37,919 bases of DNA, taken from sequence record MK064562.1; one strand, written 5' to 3'. Below are positions 27,589 to 36,743 of the stretch, piece after piece (position 1 is the stretch's first letter; the number at the start of each line of letters is the position of its first letter). A model generated the notes under the pieces. That model did not search any database and had not been told where the DNA came from. It was given only the letters and a program-made list of their open reading frames with translations. A program made the translations under genes and the position numbers.

Positions 27589-29332
27589 CCCACTAATAGA
27601 TATCGAGAAATTATTTACCGGCATTTTCAGACCCGTCACTAACGTACTTAGCGGAGGCATTAACACAGTAGCGTCAATTCCTCATGATATCGAAAATTTC
27701 GGGAACTCGGTTGTGAAGACATTTAACACACTAGTACGATATCTCGCACAAATACCAAGTGATATATTCAACTTTCTATCACAAATTCCCGGTGCGATCC
27801 TCACCGGGTTACACATGTTCGGTTCATGGATACTCTCAGGGTTCCAAACTTTAGGTTCCCACATATTGGGAGCGTTAAAAATAGCGTTCTCACCACTGGT
27901 TGACGCCATACATTACATAGCATCCCATATACCCGACCTAATAAACTTCTTCGCTTCAATCTACACCGACCTAAGAAACATTATAAACACGATACATAAC
28001 AACCTTGTAAATATCTTCACAACAGCGTTCAGACTCGTACAAGACGCGATTGAAATCGTGTTCGGCTTCCTAAACGTGGCTCCTCAGATATTCAGAGCAT
28101 TTAGTATATTTGTACAAGATGCAATAAATTTCGTAACAACACAAGCTACAACACTAGTATCATCCGCATCACAAATGTACAAACACTTTACGGACTCAGT
28201 ACCCTTTGACATCTTAAAACAAGAATCATCAAAATTCGGCAAAGCTACGGCAAGATTGATCGGGTTTAACACTGCAATGGAAATAATGAAAAGTACAATA
28301 AGAAGGAGTTGGCTATCACAAAACATATCACCCTTAACAAGGGCGTTAATGTTAGCGTTCAGCCCTGTGGTAGCAGGTATCAGCGGGATGTTTGCGGAAA
28401 CAATGATACAAGCGTTCTACCCGGATATCACATCAACAACAATAAAGAGGTACACGCCACCAACCACATCCACGACACTATTCCCGTATCATACAACTCA
28501 TGTAGAACCACCATCGTTCGCGTCAAAGAGTTACATAACAACACTGTCACAATTAACACCACCATCGGCTCCTCCATTGTTACCGCAATTCAAACCGGGT
28601 CACATAATAAGCATATACATCGAAGACGTCATAACACTAAACCAGTTCGTAGTAACCGGTGGTCTGGTATCAGCATCACAGTACGCACAAATAATATCCG
28701 ACACATTAAACTTACAGTACAATTTAGTGGTAAGACTGACACCCGTAGTTTTAATATCCGCCACAGACTTAGTAAGTCCCTTACTATCATCATCCATTAC
28801 CACAGCAGTCTCACAAAACGTGAACACGATCACAGTAAACGCTTTCGCAGAAGTAGGACAACTAGCAGTACCCCTAGGTTCATCTGTGTGTACCACGTTA
28901 ATAGCTCCGGCTTCATACGTTTACGGTGAAAACACGGTAGATTACTTAAATGTAGCATACAACTTATGTATAAACATAAACCAGGCAATACTTGACTTCA
29001 TTAACTTCTACATCACAACACAACCACCACCCGGTAATGTACCCACTACTACTGTAAACATCTTCATCACAACACAACCACCACCCGGTAACGTACCTAC
29101 AACTGTAGTAAACATTACGGGTACTACAATATTACCTCCTCCTAATATACCAACCACCATATTCAGTATAACAATAACACCCGGATTACCACAATTCACG
29201 GGACACACTACCCTTGCGTTCACAACTCAAAACGTGACAACCAGAATCGGAGGGACTGCTACAACAATAGTTATAAATTACACGCCAACTATAACAATAT
29301 GCCTACAAGGGGATGGATGTTATTCAGCGTGA
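27581..29332 (+). CDS. Large putative virion protein: 11-mer amphipathic repeats plus Pro/Thr-rich C-terminus
   Basis: 583 aa; AQIPSDIFNFL/SQIPGAILTGL/HMFGSWILSGF; ITTQPPPGNVPTT repeats. Confidence 0.8.
   Translation: MSNPLIDIEKLFTGIFRPVTNVLSGGINTVASIPHDIENFGNSVVKTFNTLVRYLAQIPSDIFNFLSQIPGAILTGLHMFGSWILSGFQTLGSHILGALKIAFSPLVDAIHYIASHIPDLINFFASIYTDLRNIINTIHNNLVNIFTTAFRLVQDAIEIVFGFLNVAPQIFRAFSIFVQDAINFVTTQATTLVSSASQMYKHFTDSVPFDILKQESSKFGKATARLIGFNTAMEIMKSTIRRSWLSQNISPLTRALMLAFSPVVAGISGMFAETMIQAFYPDITSTTIKRYTPPTTSTTLFPYHTTHVEPPSFASKSYITTLSQLTPPSAPPLLPQFKPGHIISIYIEDVITLNQFVVTGGLVSASQYAQIISDTLNLQYNLVVRLTPVVLISATDLVSPLLSSSITTAVSQNVNTITVNAFAEVGQLAVPLGSSVCTTLIAPASYVYGENTVDYLNVAYNLCININQAILDFINFYITTQPPPGNVPTTTVNIFITTQPPPGNVPTTVVNITGTTILPPPNIPTTIFSITITPGLPQFTGHTTLAFTTQNVTTRIGGTATTIVINYTPTITICLQGDGCYSA
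29011..29118 (+). repeat. 54-bp tandem repeat (2 near-identical copies plus a degenerate third)
   Basis: CATCACAACACAACCACCACCCGGTAA at 29011 and 29065. Confidence 0.9.
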
Positions 29333-29338
29333 TGTAAT

Positions 29339-29923
29339 ATGTTAGTATGCATACCTGTTGGATGGGTATCTTATACTGAACCACTTCTCAACACTGTAAA
29401 GTGGGCAAATGAGGGTAAATTCAAATTCGATTTCGCCATATCAAACCGCGTAGACTTAAATAGAAGTGTATGCATATCTAAAGCGAAACTGTTAAAGGAA
29501 GACCTAATAATGATAGACTCAGATATAAACGTATTAAACCCACCATTACAGTTAAAAGAAATATTAAAAGAAGATGAACGGGAAGCCGATATCGTATTGG
29601 GGATAGCAGTAAGCCACCTGGGAGTTTTAATAGACCCATTACCGCCTAAGGACAAAGACCTATACGAAATAAATTGGGGATCATTATCATTCGTTTACAT
29701 ACCGTTCAAGACATTAAGAAAACTGAAGCACATAGCTAAATACCCGCAAAATATAAACATGTACATGACGTACAAACCCTACACATCAGAAGACGTTGAA
29801 TTCATAAGGAGATTAAAAAAGAAAGGGTTCAAGGTTATGGCTGACAAGAGGATAGCGTTAAACCACTTTAAACTCGTACCACTGCGTTACATGTCCCTTG
29901 AGTTCGAAGTACAAACAAAATGA
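29339..29923 (+). CDS. GT-A (GT2-like) glycosyltransferase, paralog of 9440-10048
   Basis: AISNRVDLNRS, MIDSD, WGSL, SEDVEF, LNH. Confidence 0.85.
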   Translation: MLVCIPVGWVSYTEPLLNTVKWANEGKFKFDFAISNRVDLNRSVCISKAKLLKEDLIMIDSDINVLNPPLQLKEILKEDEREADIVLGIAVSHLGVLIDPLPPKDKDLYEINWGSLSFVYIPFKTLRKLKHIAKYPQNINMYMTYKPYTSEDVEFIRRLKKKGFKVMADKRIALNHFKLVPLRYMSLEFEVQTK

Positions 29924-31401
29924 AATATTTTATCCGCGAGCTTTTCACCCAGTACATCACGTATAATATCACGTTTAGAACATAAATTATACCTAGTAAC
30001 ACCACTCCTGAATAGTTTGTACGCCCTCATCCTACCTATATACGGTATATCTATAAGTCTAGCTATTTCCCTAACGTTTTCTAAAGGTATGCCGTAGCGT
30101 AAAGCCAAACTTATGTCATCATACCTGTCATCCTTAAATAAAGCCATAATGTGAGCCTTATAACTAGCCTCTTGAAGTAATTTATACTCACCGTACCCTA
30201 TCTTATCAAGGTTGATAGCCCTTTTGAACAACCCGTATAACTCCCTATCACTCATTACACCGAAAGCATTACACTCCTCGGCAACGTCCAAGCTTGAAGG
30301 TCTCATTAAATAAGACAAGACACACAGTCTGTAATCATCAGAATCTATACGATAATAATCAAAGTCCATGATCCTCTTGGCGTCAACGGGGTGGACAAGG
30401 TGATAAGCAATACTCTTCAATAACTTGTGGTCACATATACCGTATTTCTTACATATATACTCAGTATCTCCGCCTATCATCTTCGCGAAATCAATGTCAT
30501 ATTCAGTAGGAGTAAACTTAGCGGGGTCACTTAAATTACGTACGTCAAATGTAACATATATAACACCTTTACCACGTCTACCGACCCTACCAGCGAACTG
30601 GATAAATGAAGTCTTATCAAGGTACCTATTTGACGTAAATATGCCGTAGTCAAAATGGTAATCAACACCGTAGTTAAGTGCTGTAGTAGTACATATAACC
30701 TTGATCTCACCTAGCTCAAGCAAACGTGACACTTTTTCTCTATCGCTAGCACTCATTTGACTGTTATAATAAGCTACACCCTTCCTAAGTAATTGACCCA
30801 AGACCGGGTCATCGGTGTCAACGTCAACACCGTCCATGAAAAAGTCAGCAAGCTTAAGGCACATTGTCCTCGTTAATTCCGTTGAATGAACGTAAATGAA
30901 ACCATACTTACCCGGATCCACATACTTACGCCAATCATCCACCTTGATTATCTCGTATTGGCTACCGTTCTCCCCTAAATCAATTACATCATCAAACTTA
31001 ACTGAAATATCAACAGGCGTAGCACTGATGAAATAACGCCTATACCCGGTCGTATTAGCAATTGAAGAGTAAATAACATGAGAAAATAACTTATTAGCTA
31101 TAAGACTATATTCATCAAAAATTATAACGTCATTGTGAGTAGCACTTGAAGGGTTATCATGAAGAGATAAAAATTGGTTAAACTGGTTATAAGTGAAAAC
31201 GTATATCTTGTACGTCTTGTCAAAATTATTACCCACAATATCTCCGTAAAGTTGACTATAACGTTGATATAATTGTATCGCTAAACTCCTTAAAGGAACA
31301 AGATGAAAAACGCGGTGATATCTAGATACGAAATCACCGGCTTTACTTATCATCAAACGTGTTTTACCGCTTCCCGTTTTCCCCTTTACAAGTATATCCA
31401 T
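29887..31401 (-). CDS. Superfamily 2 helicase, Ski2/Hel308(Hjm)-like
   Basis: GKTGSGKT, DEYS, ISATP, TTALNYGVD, QFAGRVGRRG, C-terminal HhH IPYIGRMRAYKL. Confidence 0.92.
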   Translation of the reverse strand: MDILVKGKTGSGKTRLMISKAGDFVSRYHRVFHLVPLRSLAIQLYQRYSQLYGDIVGNNFDKTYKIYVFTYNQFNQFLSLHDNPSSATHNDVIIFDEYSLIANKLFSHVIYSSIANTTGYRRYFISATPVDISVKFDDVIDLGENGSQYEIIKVDDWRKYVDPGKYGFIYVHSTELTRTMCLKLADFFMDGVDVDTDDPVLGQLLRKGVAYYNSQMSASDREKVSRLLELGEIKVICTTTALNYGVDYHFDYGIFTSNRYLDKTSFIQFAGRVGRRGKGVIYVTFDVRNLSDPAKFTPTEYDIDFAKMIGGDTEYICKKYGICDHKLLKSIAYHLVHPVDAKRIMDFDYYRIDSDDYRLCVLSYLMRPSSLDVAEECNAFGVMSDRELYGLFKRAINLDKIGYGEYKLLQEASYKAHIMALFKDDRYDDISLALRYGIPLENVREIARLIDIPYIGRMRAYKLFRSGVTRYNLCSKRDIIRDVLGEKLADKIFHFVCTSNSRDM

Positions 31402-31466
31402 ATAACATAAGTTTACGATAATACCCTTTTATTTTTTACGGTTAATAAGAAAATAACACGTAACAG

Positions 31467-31482
31467 AAAACCTTTTAAATGA
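31467..31482 (+). promoter_or_regulatory. BRE/TATA of the replication module
   Basis: GAAAACC-TTTTAAAT about 30 nt upstream of ATG 31512. Confidence 0.55.
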
Positions 31483-31511
31483 AACCAACAAGTTGTTTTA
31501 TAGGGGAAAAA

Positions 31512-31931
31512 ATGTCTGAAGAGGAAAACCAAGAAGAAGAGTTAACCCAAGAAGAATTAGAGGAAAAACAACAGGTAGAGGAAGACATAGTACTGGACGA
31601 ATCCAAAATAAAAGAAATCAGTGAAGGCATACCGGCAAAAGTGGTAAGTATAAAAAAAGGTAGATTACTTGATTTGATAGGAGAAGTAAGGAATACTGAT
31701 AGACTATCGGAAAAAGCGTTGGACTGGATAAAAGCACAAGGTGAAGAACCGTACCTATTAATAACATGTGACGTGGAAGGCTCACAAAAGAAGTTCCTAG
31801 TCCATTACACATGGTCTAAAAACTCAACGCTCTACAAAATGGTCAAGAAGTACAAGAGAATAGCTGTAGGCACTGAAATATTAGTAAAGTTCAACCCGGA
31901 AGCAATGAGATACCAAATCGTAACGGATTGA
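31512..31931 (+). CDS. Putative OB-fold ssDNA-binding protein with acidic N-terminus
   Basis: EEE-rich tail; AKVVSI..PYLLITCDV..SKNSTLYK..VGTEILVKF strand pattern. Confidence 0.55.
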   Translation: MSEEENQEEELTQEELEEKQQVEEDIVLDESKIKEISEGIPAKVVSIKKGRLLDLIGEVRNTDRLSEKALDWIKAQGEEPYLLITCDVEGSQKKFLVHYTWSKNSTLYKMVKKYKRIAVGTEILVKFNPEAMRYQIVTD

Positions 31932-32239
31932 TAGATATGGGCAGAAAAACGGAACCTGCCCGTATCGTTAACTACATCAATAAGAGTTTACCTAAACGAG
32001 TTAAGGTAATTGATTTTTTTGATAATATCCGCACACGTCTCGAGGAAATCATAACGTTCAACTTGGATCACGGAGCAAACCCAATCACTTTTTATTCAAT
32101 CCAACAAATTTTCGCTTATTATAGAGAAGTAGCAATAGCGTCACTCTCAAGACAAGTACCAACACCGGAAGCCGAGAAAATCGTAGATGACATAGTACAA
32201 AGAGAACTAAACGAACTCTTTAACAAATATTACAAGTAG
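31928..32239 (+). CDS. Hypothetical helical protein
   Basis: 103 aa. Confidence 0.75.
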   Translation: MIDMGRKTEPARIVNYINKSLPKRVKVIDFFDNIRTRLEEIITFNLDHGANPITFYSIQQIFAYYREVAIASLSRQVPTPEAEKIVDDIVQRELNELFNKYYK

Positions 32240-32246
32240 TAATAAG

Positions 32247-32798
32247 GTGAACAAAATGAAAGAAGATCAACTTACGATTGAACTACCTTTCGAATTCGTA
32301 CTCTATAACGGGTATTCAAAACATGCCTTAAAGAATTATAAGGGTGAAACTATGCCAAGCATAGGGATAACGAATAGGTACATGTGTAAAATACACAAAC
32401 GTATCGAGTACATGATATTTCTTGATATAGATAAAAAAGTCAAATTAAAACAATTAATAAAATTTGTAAAAAAAAGACGGGCTATGATAACGAGAACAAA
32501 ATACGGTTATCACATAATAATAGTAACACATGAAAAATCACAATATAGAAACGAAATAGATACGACAAGACTAGCATTAAAAATGATAAATAAAAAAATA
32601 CCGGTTGATGTGGGTCATATATTAACGTGCATGAACAACAACCGATTCATATTGAGAATCTACGGAAAATACAAGGACAACCCATACGTTAAAATAGTGT
32701 ATAAAAAAGATGACCCGATCTTGAACGATATTGCGAAATTATATGAGGTGACAAAATGTCAAGAAAAATCACTATTATTATTCCAAAAAAATTTATGA
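32247..32798 (+). CDS. Putative minimal archaeo-eukaryotic primase (AEP) family protein
   Basis: IFLDID (motif I), TKYGYHII (motif II), VD..FILRI..K (motif III region). Confidence 0.6.
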   Translation: MNKMKEDQLTIELPFEFVLYNGYSKHALKNYKGETMPSIGITNRYMCKIHKRIEYMIFLDIDKKVKLKQLIKFVKKRRAMITRTKYGYHIIIVTHEKSQYRNEIDTTRLALKMINKKIPVDVGHILTCMNNNRFILRIYGKYKDNPYVKIVYKKDDPILNDIAKLYEVTKCQEKSLLLFQKNL

Positions 32799-33427
32799 AG
32801 GTGTTAGGCATGAAGTACACAAAATCCGCATATTTACCTTTTATGATCACGTTCGGGGTAAATCTACCCGAAGATGAATTCGTGAAAACGGAAATAATAG
32901 AAAGAAGAATAGAATACATTAGCACAATTGATAGAGCAAAAAAACTAATCGAAGAGAAAACATTAGGAAAACCCATAAATACCTATCATTTAGATTTAGG
33001 TCTAAGAATAACACAAAAAAACATAAACACAAATGAGATAAGTTTCAAAAACACAACATGCGATTACACAAAAGTAGAAAAAGAAGAATATACTAAAATA
33101 TTGAGGACAGCGTACATTGAAGACGCAGTAACAAAAGCCGTACCAAAAATAAACAACAAAAAAGCCTTCGCGTACGGGTACACGTTACTCTGTTACCTCG
33201 AAAAAGACACAGAACTAAAATTCCTTAACTCATACATTGAAGCAATAGAATTTTTCAGAAAACTACATACTTATTATGCATATAAAAGAATAATGAGATA
33301 CGAACCGAACGACCAAAAACTAAAAGAAATGGTAAACGACATGAAAAAACTGTTACCACAAAACGAACCACAAAGTAAAAAAGAAGAAATAAGAAAAGAA
33401 TTAGAAGATTTGTATATAGAATTATAG
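32756..33427 (+). CDS. Hypothetical protein
   Basis: 223 aa. Confidence 0.8.
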   Translation: MSRKITIIIPKKFMKVLGMKYTKSAYLPFMITFGVNLPEDEFVKTEIIERRIEYISTIDRAKKLIEEKTLGKPINTYHLDLGLRITQKNINTNEISFKNTTCDYTKVEKEEYTKILRTAYIEDAVTKAVPKINNKKAFAYGYTLLCYLEKDTELKFLNSYIEAIEFFRKLHTYYAYKRIMRYEPNDQKLKEMVNDMKKLLPQNEPQSKKEEIRKELEDLYIEL

Positions 33428-33436
33428 GAGATAAAA

Positions 33437-33775
33437 ATGAAATATAAAAATTGTCTCAAAAACTGTAAAACTAAAAAAATAAGGTCAAAGGAACCGTCAA
33501 TACAATTATTCCTAACACTTTACTTAAAAGTCACAGGTGAAAAACTAAAGAAATGCGAAAATTTTTGCAAAGTTTACATAGCGTTTCTTGACGTAGGAGA
33601 AATCATGTTCGGAGGAACATGGAAACGCATATGGAGAAAACAACTAAATATAAACAAAATAAAATTATTTAAATGCACACACTGCGGACAAGTATTTGAA
33701 TTGAGAACGGGAACGGAACACATCCTCGAGTTCATGTATTCAAATAAAATAATGGAAAGGGTGTTACAAGAATGA
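33437..33775 (+). CDS. Basic Zn-finger protein
   Basis: FKCTHCGQVF; additional Cys pairs. Confidence 0.7.
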   Translation: MKYKNCLKNCKTKKIRSKEPSIQLFLTLYLKVTGEKLKKCENFCKVYIAFLDVGEIMFGGTWKRIWRKQLNINKIKLFKCTHCGQVFELRTGTEHILEFMYSNKIMERVLQE

Positions 33776-34353
33776 AACTAGAAGAATTAAAACAATTGGT
33801 AGAAGAAGAGAAAAAGAAACCCCATAACAAGGAAGTAAGAGTAACACGTGCAGTAACATGCCCGACGTTACAAATAAAGGAATACTATGGAATAAATATG
33901 GGAAAACTAAGACACCAGATAATAGAAGAAAAATTAAAAAGCAAAGGGTTAGAGACGGAAGTTGAAATCGCACTAACAATTGATAACGTGCTTATAACAG
34001 GTCACGTAGACGCCCTAGACCTAAATAACTTAACAGTATACGAAATAAAACCCTCAAGAATTTACGACAATTACATAAGACAACTGTCAATGTACGTAAC
34101 AATCCTAAGAAAACTCACGGGACTAAATTTTACAGGAAAATTTATAATATATGTAGGAGAAGAAGTATACGAACTAGTACCACCATTCCTTGACACGACT
34201 ATCCTCGAGACAGTACTAGAAGTACTTCAAGAAGAAACAACAATAAAAGGAGAATATTGCACACTATGCATACACGATAAAAAATGTGATAAAAAGAGGG
34301 AATGGAAAAGAAAGATGGGGTTTGAAATAGCTGAAATAACCAAATTATACTAA
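33772..34353 (+). CDS. cas4: Cas4-like (PD-(D/E)xK, Fe-S) nuclease
   Basis: TCP, G..RH, E, ITGHVDAL, YEIK, QLSMY, C-terminal CTLC.....C. Confidence 0.88.
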   Translation: MKLEELKQLVEEEKKKPHNKEVRVTRAVTCPTLQIKEYYGINMGKLRHQIIEEKLKSKGLETEVEIALTIDNVLITGHVDALDLNNLTVYEIKPSRIYDNYIRQLSMYVTILRKLTGLNFTGKFIIYVGEEVYELVPPFLDTTILETVLEVLQEETTIKGEYCTLCIHDKKCDKKREWKRKMGFEIAEITKLY

Positions 34354-34659
34354 TTTATAACAAACTCTTTCAACAACTTTCTTCAAACCCGACATGAGTA
34401 TATACTCTTCTCGGTTTGTCAAAATATACTTCTTATTTGAAGCCAAAAACCTCAACCCATTAAGTATGTCCTCATATTTAGTATCACTACATGTAATCAG
34501 ATAAGTAATTGAAACATCGGAAACACGAACTACAACATTAATATTAAACCTTACTATTTTCTTCCGCTCACGTTGATAATTTACAATAACATCAAATGAC
34601 GCATCAACATATTTTATATGATAAAACGACATAACACGTTCTCCACGATAAATTATCAT
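34345..34659 (-). CDS. Hypothetical terminal accessory protein
   Basis: 104 aa with its own promoter motif. Confidence 0.75.
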   Translation of the reverse strand: MIIYRGERVMSFYHIKYVDASFDVIVNYQRERKKIVRFNINVVVRVSDVSITYLITCSDTKYEDILNGLRFLASNKKYILTNREEYILMSGLKKVVERVCYKLV

Positions 34660-34662
34660 ATT

Positions 34663-34694
34663 AAAAAACTAGCATAAAAATATATATAACTTTT
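34663..34694 (-). promoter_or_regulatory. Promoter with duplicated downstream element (copy A)
   Basis: AAAG-TTATATA..TTTTTATGCTAGTTTTTT..ATG; 17/18 identical to 36039-36056. Confidence 0.7.
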
Positions 34695-35109
34695 ATCGCG
34701 TATTACAAGTACCGTCAAAACATATATTTATAACAAGTTGTTCACGATCCGGTAAAAACTCTAACTTATAACGTGACCTCAGAAACCTAGAATTATACAG
34801 AACAATACGACCTAACACCATCCTACTCATAATAATAATTAGCGAGTCATCAAATAAGGAATTTACAAAATATATGAAGTCATTTGAATTCGAATCAGCG
34901 TAAAATAACGCATAAGGCATAGGTTCATCCTTATCAGCTATTATTAATTGCTCAAAGTAATTCTCAACACCATCAGTAACATATAGTACCTTAAAATTTG
35001 CTTTCTTTAAATCAACAACAATTTGTACCCTACCGTCTTCGTAATTCACATGCTCTAACACATAGTCATAAAGGTCAAGATGGTTTAGGAACATTTCAAG
35101 TTGTTCCAT
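34693..35109 (-). CDS. Hypothetical acidic accessory protein
   Basis: 138 aa; TTTTTATA about 24 nt upstream. Confidence 0.8.
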   Translation of the reverse strand: MEQLEMFLNHLDLYDYVLEHVNYEDGRVQIVVDLKKANFKVLYVTDGVENYFEQLIIADKDEPMPYALFYADSNSNDFIYFVNSLFDDSLIIIMSRMVLGRIVLYNSRFLRSRYKLEFLPDREQLVINICFDGTCNTR

Positions 35110-35160
35110 GAATAAAAGTCTATCAAAACAAAATATAAAAATAAAAACACATAATACACA

Positions 35161-35529
35161 CTACAAGCCCAAGTTCTCATAATACTTCGCAATTGTAAAA
35201 GCAATATCTTTAGCAACATCAAGCAACTCAGAACGATCAAAATCAACCTTTCTACTTAAATAAATGTCTTCAATACAAACATATACATCATTAATATCAA
35301 TAGGCAAATACTCGTTCTTATCTCTAAACTGAAAATAATAAACCCTTGTATTCTTATAATCACCTGACGTAATATAAACAATATTCAAACCGAAATAACC
35401 GAGATTAACGTAAGGGATCACCAAAACGTAAACTGTAACACTAAACTTAACATGAAATAAATTATAACGGAAAGAAAAACGTTTGAAACCCTTCAAGAAC
35501 CCCATAAACCTTTCTATATCACTAACCAT
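35161..35529 (-). CDS. Hypothetical accessory protein
   Basis: 122 aa; GAGGTAGAGG SD. Confidence 0.8.
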   Translation of the reverse strand: MVSDIERFMGFLKGFKRFSFRYNLFHVKFSVTVYVLVIPYVNLGYFGLNIVYITSGDYKNTRVYYFQFRDKNEYLPIDINDVYVCIEDIYLSRKVDFDRSELLDVAKDIAFTIAKYYENLGL

Positions 35530-35545
35530 ATGCCTCTACCTCTCA

Positions 35546-36034
35546 TTATAAGCTATAAGCCCCACACCGTTTCCCGCATATATTAGATACTTTTACAACC
35601 AAATCACCGACAGAATGTAAATTATGATTATCACAAATATCATACTTATTTAAAGAAAACAATTTGAAAGGAGTAATACTAAAATTATATACTTTCTCAA
35701 CAAGCACATCATCACGTAATAGTAGCGTATTTATATCACGTTCACTCCCGGAAAAAACACTCCACATACCGTTAAAAACATCCACAATATCCCTACATTT
35801 CACATTATGAAAACTAATAAGGACTATCAAATCATCCTGATCCCACGTTTTCAAATTACCCTTATATCCCTTGAATTTAAATCGTACATTCAATTCATTA
35901 TCTTTATCACTTATATCAAAAATATCAAAATTATTATAAAATAAAATATCAATAATATCCCTACGAACGTTAACTTTGCGTTTCAACCAAAAATAACCTA
36001 ACCCGTAAAACGACTTAGCCCTACGAAATATCAT
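35546..36034 (-). CDS. Hypothetical accessory protein
   Basis: Start MIFRR at 36034, about 25 nt from TTATATA. Confidence 0.75.
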   Translation of the reverse strand: MIFRRAKSFYGLGYFWLKRKVNVRRDIIDILFYNNFDIFDISDKDNELNVRFKFKGYKGNLKTWDQDDLIVLISFHNVKCRDIVDVFNGMWSVFSGSERDINTLLLRDDVLVEKVYNFSITPFKLFSLNKYDICDNHNLHSVGDLVVKVSNICGKRCGAYSL

Positions 36035-36038
36035 GAAT

Positions 36039-36070
36039 AAAAAATTAGCATAAAAAAGTATATAAGCTTT
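36039..36070. promoter_or_regulatory. Bidirectional promoter with duplicated element (copy B)
   Basis: TATATA at 36059-36064, 25-29 nt from ATG 36034(-) and 36093(+). Confidence 0.7.
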
Positions 36071-36092
36071 AACATGAAGATATACCGTAGAC

Positions 36093-36266
36093 ATGAACAA
36101 AGACGACTGGTTAGAAAAAATATACACAACAATATCATATTATATAGGAGACATAGCAAGTGACGATGATTTATCGGAAAAAGAAAAAGAACAGCTAAAA
36201 AACATGTTATACGATTTTCTGGGAGCAATAGAAAACTTTGATGAATATGAAGAAGAAGAGGAATAA
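36093..36266 (+). CDS. Highly acidic 57-aa protein (not in ORF track)
   Basis: MNKDDWLEKIYTTISYYIGDIASDDDLSEKEKEQLKNMLYDFLGAIENFDEYEEEEE; TATA-positioned ATG. Confidence 0.7.
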   Translation: MNKDDWLEKIYTTISYYIGDIASDDDLSEKEKEQLKNMLYDFLGAIENFDEYEEEEE

Positions 36267-36305
36267 TAAAAAAAATTTAAAAGTCATACTTTTTTATATC
36301 ATATT

Positions 36306-36740
36306 ATGACAGTAAACGTAATTAACGCAATGAAATACCATGCAATTCTAGATACAACAGAATTCAACAGTGAACAACCACCCATCATAATCCCTAATAA
36401 TAGTGAATCAGTAATACCGGAAGGCGTCTACAACGTATTCGTATATCAAAAAGACATAAGGAATTTCGGATACCTATATACCGCTTTCATATACGGTGAA
36501 AAAGTAATGTTAGGATTACTATCATATCCATTCGATAAAGTGATAATTGAATTCACAGACTTATTCAATGGTTATCTGGAAATAGATTATATGGACTTAA
36601 GTGGAAAATGGCACACATTACAAGTAGAAAATATGCAAGCAACGCAGATACATACAGATCTCGAAAAACTAACAAATACGGCATACGTGAAAGTGAATAA
36701 TAAATGCTACCAAATAGTGAACGGCATAGTTAAAATATAA
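36306..36740 (+). CDS. Hypothetical beta-rich protein
   Basis: 144 aa; TTTAAAA about 26 nt upstream. Confidence 0.8.
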   Translation: MTVNVINAMKYHAILDTTEFNSEQPPIIIPNNSESVIPEGVYNVFVYQKDIRNFGYLYTAFIYGEKVMLGLLSYPFDKVIIEFTDLFNGYLEIDYMDLSGKWHTLQVENMQATQIHTDLEKLTNTAYVKVNNKCYQIVNGIVKI

Positions 36741-36743
36741 AAA

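Noticed and set aside
28309-28929. 206-aa + ORF overlapping the 583-aa gene in another frame
   Set aside because: TTG start, no unique coding region, and explained by the A/C-rich third positions of the right arm. It is also the proper control for the 13.3-kb overlap.
33772-34353. Cas4 as a sign of a CRISPR-Cas locus
   Set aside because: Solo Cas4 is common in crenarchaeal viruses; no cas1/cas2 or array present
36031-36228. 65-aa minus-strand ORF
   Set aside because: Antisense to the better-supported acidic ORF 36093-36266 and spans the promoter
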